Shown here in pieces: positions 58,414 to 64,000 of a stretch of 64,000 nt of DNA. The stretch is from assembly GCA_943333275.1 (NCBI GenBank), contig CALQSQ010000004.1, positions 9,713 through 73,712 of the forward strand, written 5' to 3'. How positions within the stretch are numbered: the stretch's first letter is position 1; every line of letters starts with the position of its first letter. The notes under the pieces are model-generated. The model saw only the letters and a program-made list of their open reading frames with translations, was not told the origin of the DNA and did not search any database. The DNA comes from Akkermansia muciniphila (lineage in GTDB: Bacteria > Verrucomicrobiota > Verrucomicrobiia > Verrucomicrobiales > V1-33). Both the position numbers and the translations under genes were made by a program.

Positions 58414-59661
58414 CTACTTCAATTCAACTCTTCGCAGTTCCTTGGTATCGCGCAGGTATAGCTTCCCGTCGGCGTAGGCCGGATTGCACCAGGTCTTGCC
58501 ACACACCTGGATGCGGCTGATTTCCTTGTAATCCTTGGAATCAGCAGCAAAGAGCACCAACTCACCGCCATCCGTCAGGGTTGCAATATTTTCACCCATG
58601 ATTAGAAAGGCGGCTTCAGCTTGTTCCGCGGAGGTGTTCACGACTCCGGTCTGGTTCCACGTGGGCTCGCCGGTTTTGGGATCGACGCAGATCAGATCCT
58701 TGTTCGACCCAAGGCCGTAGAGATGCTCTCCCACCACGACCGGACTGGAGAAGTTCATGAGAATTTTCTTGTTCACCCATGCTTCCTTCGCCACCCAGGC
58801 TTCACCTTCTTTGGAAACTCTGGTCCCAACCAACCCCAACTGATGGGACGCAACCACCACCAGATCGCCAATCACAACAGGAGTGGTCACGTGCCGCCCC
58901 ATCCGCGTGGTCATCGGCTGCCGCCATAGCAGGGCGCCCGTTGCCGGTTCCAGGCTGATCAATCCCTCGCAGGTGAAGGCTACGTACTGCGTTGCTCCTC
59001 CCATTTCGGTGATGATGGGCGAAGCATAGGCCGTTTGATCGTTCTGTGATTTCCAGACGACTTTTCCATCCAGCTTGTTAAATGCCACAATGCTCGCCCC
59101 CTTGGCGCTGCCGACCTGAACGATGATCGTATCCTTGTAAATCATCGGCGTCGCCGTGGCTCCATGGCGGCTGGCTCCCGCTGCATCGCCTTTCTCGCCA
59201 ATGTAAATCGCCCCAAAGTCCTCAACGAAATTTGTCCTCCAGAGCATTTTCCCATCACTGGCATTTCGGCAGTGAAACTCCCCCTTGGCGGACTGAAAAT
59301 ACACCCGATCCCCATCCACCAACGGAGTGGTGCGCGGACCGATTCCAAATCCATCCTGATGAGATTCAAACACCGGCTCCTTCCAAATTTCCTTTCCCGT
59401 GGCGGCGTCCACAGCATGCGCGATCTCCTGCTTGTCCTGGTTGTCCAAATAAAACACCCTCCCTCCACTTACCACCGGCGAGGCAAAACCATCGCCAATG
59501 GGGAAATGCCACGTTGACTTGGGGTCATCCGGAAAACTCGTCAGAATGTCCGCCTCCGGCACCCTGCCCGTCCCTTGTGGCCCGCGCCATTGCGGCCAGT
59601 CGGCGCCGTGGGCATGAATCAGAAAGGAAAGAACCAGGGAAACGGAAATGCTAATTTTCAT
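58414..59661 (-). CDS. PQQ-like beta-propeller repeat protein (BamB-like)
   Basis: Signal peptide MKISISVSLVLSFLIHAHG. Repeated WxxxxG...V and DGKxxW blades (ADWPQWRGPQGTG, DGKMLWRT, DGKVVWKS, TGALLWRQ). Confidence 0.65.
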   Translation of the reverse strand: MKISISVSLVLSFLIHAHGADWPQWRGPQGTGRVPEADILTSFPDDPKSTWHFPIGDGFASPVVSGGRVFYLDNQDKQEIAHAVDAATGKEIWKEPVFESHQDGFGIGPRTTPLVDGDRVYFQSAKGEFHCRNASDGKMLWRTNFVEDFGAIYIGEKGDAAGASRHGATATPMIYKDTIIVQVGSAKGASIVAFNKLDGKVVWKSQNDQTAYASPIITEMGGATQYVAFTCEGLISLEPATGALLWRQPMTTRMGRHVTTPVVIGDLVVVASHQLGLVGTRVSKEGEAWVAKEAWVNKKILMNFSSPVVVGEHLYGLGSNKDLICVDPKTGEPTWNQTGVVNTSAEQAEAAFLIMGENIATLTDGGELVLFAADSKDYKEISRIQVCGKTWCNPAYADGKLYLRDTKELRRVELK

Positions 59662-59770
59662 GGCTCGCACTGTCCTTTCCTGAATCGTTCGTGCACAGAA
59701 AATCCTCACAACTCCGCGCATGCGGCAGGACTGGCATCCTCGGGCAACCCGGCTTTCAAATTCCGCCTGA

Positions 59771-60370
59771 CTAGGGCAGGGCACGCCGAATCACGGGCTT
59801 CACACCGAGGGATTGCTGAAGTTGTTTCATCTGCAACTCAGATGCTTCAATCTCCGCCTTGAGAAACGCCACCAGTTGCTCAAGTTCCTGCTCCCGGGCG
59901 GATGACTTTTCCTTCACCCCCTGGAGTTCCGCCACTGCATTAACCAGCCTGGATTGAAGCTGCCGGGTTTCCAGCTTCTGGATTTCCAATTGCTGCTGCC
60001 AGACTCCCAGTTGAGTCCGATGGGCTTCCAGGTCGTCATGTTCCTGCTTCGCCACCGCAAGCTGCGCCTCTGCCGAGGCAAGCGCCAGGCGTTGAAAACT
60101 CATTTCCCGAATGGCATACACGACCATGCTGAGCAGAATCAATGCTCCGGGAAGCGCCAGCCACCAGGCACCGGGCCATTGCCCCGAAGGTGTTGGCAAT
60201 GGGGGGAGAGGCTGGCGGACAGGACGGCGGGAGGCTGGGGCGGGGGGAATCACCCTGGGAGGGGTGGATTCGGCGGGGGGGAGGGGCCTCCTGACGTCGC
60301 CCTCTACGCTTGGGGATGGCGATTGTTTAATCTCCTGCGGCGATTCGACAGGGCACGATGATGGCATCCT
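59771..60370 (-). CDS. Hypothetical membrane-anchored coiled-coil protein with Pro-rich N-terminal region
   Basis: Pro-rich tract. One TM helix (WWLALPGALILLSMVVYAI). About 110 aa coiled coil (QLAVAKQEHDDLEAHRTQLGVWQQQLEIQKLETRQLQ...). The start is uncertain. Confidence 0.35.
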   Translation of the reverse strand, partial: RMPSSCPVESPQEIKQSPSPSVEGDVRRPLPPAESTPPRVIPPAPASRRPVRQPLPPLPTPSGQWPGAWWLALPGALILLSMVVYAIREMSFQRLALASAEAQLAVAKQEHDDLEAHRTQLGVWQQQLEIQKLETRQLQSRLVNAVAELQGVKEKSSAREQELEQLVAFLKAEIEASELQMKQLQQSLGVKPVIRRALP

Positions 60371-61589
60371 CCATTCCGTGAATGATCTTTTTGTCCGCTG
60401 GGCAGATCGTCGCAAGGATTCCGCCGAGTTGGATTTCCCTGCTGCCGGAAGGCGTGAAGAAATACGGGCAGAGGCGCACGCGGCCCTCCATCTGTTTGAT
60501 TTCGCCGGTTTGGCGGTCATAGAACGGATGGCGGACCAGCTTCCCTTTGTGAAATTCCTGGAGGACATAAGGATGGTTGGAAAAGGAGTCCATGGCATCA
60601 TTCACCGATTTGCGCCACTGTTCTTGTGAGACATCGTGCCCGATCACCACACTGCGGCTGCCCCAGGCTCGTTCCGAGAATCCACTCAGTTTGAGCACGA
60701 GTTCGCGTTGCTTTTGGGTGAAATCACCAAGTTCAGTCCACGACGAGATTTCCAGCTTCGGAATCACCGCGTGATGCGGCAACGGTGCAGGATCCACGAT
60801 CCAACTGCGGGGAATGATCTTCTCCAGAGCATCACGATGGTTCTCCCGCAGTTCCCTGCGCCACAATTCCCGCAGCGGACGACTCCAAAACAGCGCCAGC
60901 CAGAGCTTTTCCTCCAGCCACGGCTTCAGAGGGGGATTGACGCGCACGCCGGCTAGTTCCCGCCAGTGCTTGATCTGCGGCAGGTCGAACAATTCGAAAA
61001 ACCGGTAAACATCACGATCACCCGGCTGATAATTCTCAGCGGATTCGATGCGAAAATCGCCCTTCAACCTGCCACACAACCACTCCATCTCCGGCCGGTA
61101 ATCCCCGGATTCCTCCGAAATCACAATGTCCGCACCCTGCGGAAACAGGCTCTGAAAACCCTCGATCATGCCCGTGGCTCCACCGACGACGTCCCACGAG
61201 GCATAAATTTCGTTCAGCCAGGCAGTCAGACCGATCCCCCCGGGCACACTGTCAATTTCCGTCAGGCTAAAACCCTCATCCGTTAGAATCAGGTCGGGAC
61301 GAATCACCTGCGGCAGTGCCTCGCGATTGGCTTTGGCCCTGGCTGCTTCCAGTAATTCCTCGGGTTTTCCGGCATCGGCATAAGCGGCGATCCAGCCCGG
61401 GAGTTTTCCTGCAAGGCTGCGGAAATAAATCGCATTCGCCGTGGACAGAAACAACTGCAGCCGATGCCCCAGACGACGAATCTGTTCGATTTCCGCAGGG
61501 CTCAGTGGAAATGGCTCCGGGGATGAGAGCCATGATTTTCCAGCGAACAAGCCGCCGGAAGGGATCACCGGTTGAGGAGTGGCTGACAT
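60327..61589 (-). CDS. Hypothetical protein, possibly an ATP-grasp-fold (glutathionylspermidine-synthase-like / circularly permuted ATP-grasp) enzyme
   Basis: 420 aa soluble protein. YVLQEF...LCPYF region is reminiscent of ATP-grasp nucleotide-binding strands. No firm family assignment. Confidence 0.35.
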   Translation of the reverse strand: MSATPQPVIPSGGLFAGKSWLSSPEPFPLSPAEIEQIRRLGHRLQLFLSTANAIYFRSLAGKLPGWIAAYADAGKPEELLEAARAKANREALPQVIRPDLILTDEGFSLTEIDSVPGGIGLTAWLNEIYASWDVVGGATGMIEGFQSLFPQGADIVISEESGDYRPEMEWLCGRLKGDFRIESAENYQPGDRDVYRFFELFDLPQIKHWRELAGVRVNPPLKPWLEEKLWLALFWSRPLRELWRRELRENHRDALEKIIPRSWIVDPAPLPHHAVIPKLEISSWTELGDFTQKQRELVLKLSGFSERAWGSRSVVIGHDVSQEQWRKSVNDAMDSFSNHPYVLQEFHKGKLVRHPFYDRQTGEIKQMEGRVRLCPYFFTPSGSREIQLGGILATICPADKKIIHGMEDAIIVPCRIAAGD

Positions 61590-61595
61590 CTGTTG

Positions 61596-62210
61596 TTAAA
61601 GAGTCAGGCTGCGCAGAGCCGTGCGCAGAAGGGTGGACGGCTCGGCTTCGCTCCCTGCGGGCAGGGCTTCCAAGGCCAGCTTGACGGCCTTTTGAGCCTC
61701 CACCTGCTTGTAACCCAGATTGATGAGCGCCAGGATCACATCGTTCGCGAGCACCTGTCCCTTCGGCAGCGACGGACGCTGCCGCGCCTCCTGCCAGGCC
61801 GCAGTGACTCCGACTTTGTCCTTGAGTTCCACGACGATGCGTTCGGCGGTTTTGCGCCCCACTCCTTTGATTTTCGAAAGCGCCGTGACGTCCGCATTGA
61901 CGACAAAGTTTTTGAAATCCGCCACCTTCATCCCGCTCAACACCGCCAGCCCCATCTTGGGCCCGATTCCGGAAACGCGATCGATCAACAACCTGAACAA
62001 ATCCCTCTCCTCCGTCGTCGCGAAGCCAAACAGCGCCTGTTCCTGCTCGCGGACGTGATGATGCGTCAGCAGGTGCACTTTCTGCCCCTCCTCAGGCAGA
62101 GCATCAAATGTGGAGGTGGGGATCGAGCATTCATAGCCGACCCCCGCCACATCAATAATCGCGCGGTCCGGCAGGCTCTCGGCCAGGATCCCTTTAAGAA
62201 ATGTAATCAT
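61596..62210 (-). CDS. ruvA: Holliday junction branch migration protein RuvA
   Basis: MITFLKGILAESLPDRAIIDVAGVGYECSIP (OB fold). Tandem HhH motifs (IGPKMGLAVL; IKGVGRKTAERIV). 204 aa. Confidence 0.85.
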   Translation of the reverse strand: MITFLKGILAESLPDRAIIDVAGVGYECSIPTSTFDALPEEGQKVHLLTHHHVREQEQALFGFATTEERDLFRLLIDRVSGIGPKMGLAVLSGMKVADFKNFVVNADVTALSKIKGVGRKTAERIVVELKDKVGVTAAWQEARQRPSLPKGQVLANDVILALINLGYKQVEAQKAVKLALEALPAGSEAEPSTLLRTALRSLTL

Positions 62211-62282
62211 GCCGCCAACCTACGCGTCCCAACCAAACGACAAGGTCAAATTCTGCCGCCCCTCACGATACCAGCGCCCCCA

Positions 62283-62765
62283 CTAAGCGGCACCTTCCAA
62301 TTCCAAAAGCCGGTGTTTGGTATCGATTCCAAAGGCGAAGCCCGTAAGATGTCCGCGTTTGCCCACCACCCGGTGGCAGGGGACGATCAATGCCACAGGA
62401 TTGGCACCGCACGCTCCGCCGACGGCCCGCATGCCGGTTTTTAATTCCTCGGCGATCATGCCATACGTCCGCGTTTCCCCATAGGGAATGGCGAGCAGCG
62501 CCTGCCAGACACGCTGCTGAAATGCCGTTCCCTTCGGAGCAACCGGTGTGCGGAAATGCGTGACCCTGCCCTCGAGGTAATCGGAAATTTCTCCGGCCGC
62601 GGCAGCGGTGCGCGCGGGGTCGGAGGTGAATTCCACGGCATCATCACAACGGGACTGGAGCGCTTCAAGATCACCAAACGCCGTGGCGATCACCGCACCC
62701 TGGTCATTAACCGCGAAGGAGAATTCCCCCATGGGAGTGGTCATGGAATGGGCACAGACTTTCAT
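62283..62765 (-). CDS. ogt: Methylated-DNA-[protein]-cysteine S-methyltransferase
   Basis: Active-site PCHRV and the HTH region. Start set at MKVCAHS (62765), giving an ATGA overlap with the upstream ferredoxin-like gene. Confidence 0.75.
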   Translation of the reverse strand: MKVCAHSMTTPMGEFSFAVNDQGAVIATAFGDLEALQSRCDDAVEFTSDPARTAAAAGEISDYLEGRVTHFRTPVAPKGTAFQQRVWQALLAIPYGETRTYGMIAEELKTGMRAVGGACGANPVALIVPCHRVVGKRGHLTGFAFGIDTKHRLLELEGAA

Positions 62766-63130
62766 GATTTGGGAAAGGTTGGATGTTGGGCGAAGACATA
62801 CTCTGGAACGATCTGCCCCCGCAGCAAGTGATTCTGAATGATCTCCTCCAACACTGCGGGCGTGCAGGAGTGATACCACGTTCCCTCTGGATAGACCACC
62901 GCAATCGGCCCGTTCTGGCAGACCCGCAGGCAGTTCGCCTTGCTTCGCAGGACCAGGGGCCGGGCTCCCGCCAAGCCCATTTCCTTGAGCCGGCGTTTCA
63001 AGAATTCCCACGCTGCCAATCCTTCCGCCCGCCCGCAGCAGAGAGGCTCCGACGCATCCGCGCAGAGAAAAATGTGGCGCTGGCAGGTTTCCAAACCCAG
63101 GGATTGGGCGAGATCGGGGAGATCGGGCAT
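62762..63130 (-). CDS. Thioredoxin-like [2Fe-2S] ferredoxin-domain protein
   Basis: 122 aa. Cys pattern C-x9-CC...C-x3-C (HIFLCADASEPLCCG...CLRVCQNGP). Confidence 0.5.
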   Translation of the reverse strand: MPDLPDLAQSLGLETCQRHIFLCADASEPLCCGRAEGLAAWEFLKRRLKEMGLAGARPLVLRSKANCLRVCQNGPIAVVYPEGTWYHSCTPAVLEEIIQNHLLRGQIVPEYVFAQHPTFPKS

Positions 63131-63271
63131 GACCCATTGTGACACCGCCCGGGGATTTGTCATGCGATTGGAGGAAACGGGGCATGGGGGACTTGGAAAC
63201 TTTTTTGGGACGCGGACCCATTTAGCTTTGGCAGAAGGGGAATTCTTGGTAAGACTCAGCTTTTTCATTTC

Positions 63272-64000
63272 GTGGACGATCCGGTCATTCCCCCATCCCA
63301 TTGGCACCAGTGGACACTTCCTTCGCATGGACTCAAGATTGAGGCTATCGATGCCCATGTGTGCGGTCAGCCGCTGCGTCTGATCGTGCGCGGATATCCG
63401 GCCCCGCGAGGCGTGACGATGATCGAGAAATGCAGTTATGCGATGGCTCACCTGGACCATTTGCGGGGATCGCTGCTGTTGGAGCCAAGGGGTCATGCGG
63501 ACATGTACGCCTGCCTGCTGACTCCCCCGCAGCGGGTGGATTCGGATTTTGGGTCCCTGTTTCTGCACCGCAGCGGGGTATGTCCCATGAGTGCCCATGG
63601 TGTGATCGCGGCGGCCACGCTGTGCATCGAGGCTGGGATTGTCTCCGCCAAATCGCCTGAGACGCTCGTGAAGTTCGACACTCCGGCCGGCCTCATCCGG
63701 GCGTATGCCAGCATTGAGGAAAGCCGGGTGCGCCGAGTGTATTTTGAAAATGTCCCTTCCTTCGTGGTCGCACAAATGCAGGAAATCATCGTTCCGGAAG
63801 TGGGCCGGGTCACTTATGACTTGGCCTACGGCGGAGAGTTTTACGCTTACGTCGATGCCCGCAAATTGAACATCGCCCTGACCCCGGAGAACATGAATGA
63901 AATCGCCGCTCTGGGAGCCACCATTGCCTCGGCCCTGGAGTCCCGCTGTCAGATTTCCCACCCGGTCCACCCTGCATTGAGCATTCTTTCCGGCGTGATC
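63272..64000 (+). CDS. Proline racemase / 4-hydroxyproline epimerase family protein (3' partial at window edge; start uncertain)
   Basis: LKIEAIDAHVCGQPLRLIVRGYP resembles the family N-terminus (MK.I.VIDSHTGGEP.R). Open to the window end. No in-frame ATG. GTG at 63272, or a 1-nt frameshift after ATG 63327, would supply a start. Confidence 0.55.
   Translation, partial: MDDPVIPPSHWHQWTLPSHGLKIEAIDAHVCGQPLRLIVRGYPAPRGVTMIEKCSYAMAHLDHLRGSLLLEPRGHADMYACLLTPPQRVDSDFGSLFLHRSGVCPMSAHGVIAAATLCIEAGIVSAKSPETLVKFDTPAGLIRAYASIEESRVRRVYFENVPSFVVAQMQEIIVPEVGRVTYDLAYGGEFYAYVDARKLNIALTPENMNEIAALGATIASALESRCQISHPVHPALSILSGVI

Noticed and set aside
1-64000. CRISPR arrays, tRNA or rRNA genes, insertion sequences, integrases or phage genes
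   Set aside because: No direct-repeat arrays were found. No tRNA T-loop or acceptor signatures were found. No transposase, integrase or recombinase-like ORFs were found. The window looks like core chromosome with lineage-specific surface genes, not a mobile island.

Overview
This is a GC-rich (about 60%) chromosomal segment with the gene content of a PVC-superphylum bacterium, most likely a Verrucomicrobiota-like organism. The evidence is a PEP-CTERM protein, a DUF1549/DUF1553 plus DUF1501 gene pair, a planctomycete-type cytochrome domain, and many large secreted beta-sandwich proteins. I found no rRNA, tRNA, CRISPR array, transposase or integrase.

Main content, left to right:
1. A roughly 16.4 kb run of 16 co-directional, tightly packed or overlapping minus-strand genes (1923-18368). 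It contains a NitT/TauT-type ABC transporter, a creatininase-family amidohydrolase, a glutamine-synthetase-like ligase, a Rieske oxygenase, a GFA-family protein, an SDR, a deacetylase, a TIM-barrel isomerase, a NikR-family regulator with degenerate nickel-binding ligands, two DUF1989 proteins, a biotin-dependent urea/guanidine carboxylase and an allophanate hydrolase. I read this as a catabolic island for a nitrogenous (ureido or guanidino) compound.
2. Housekeeping genes: guaB, ispB, apbE, rpsN, nadC, rpoD, dnaG, ruvA, ogt.
3. A Pel-type exopolysaccharide locus (about 34.2-46.7 kb) with recognisable pelD, pelE, pelF and pelG, a PelB-like TPR protein plus a TPR-porin, an upstream heparinase II/III-like gene, and a divergently transcribed Gly/Tyr-rich secreted protein. 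These are arranged around a strikingly AT-rich promoter island. No pelA or pelC was found.
4. Two genes interrupted by a single in-frame stop codon. A PEP-CTERM protein has a TAA and the pelE-like gene has a TAG. A single TGA also separates the two PelB-like halves.
5. Three unrelated large secreted proteins that share a roughly 70 aa C-terminal module ending in FYR[IL] or FMQVRV.

Ordinary translational coupling (4-bp ATGA or GTGA overlaps) is frequent. Many long antisense ORFs in the six-frame track are GC-content artefacts.
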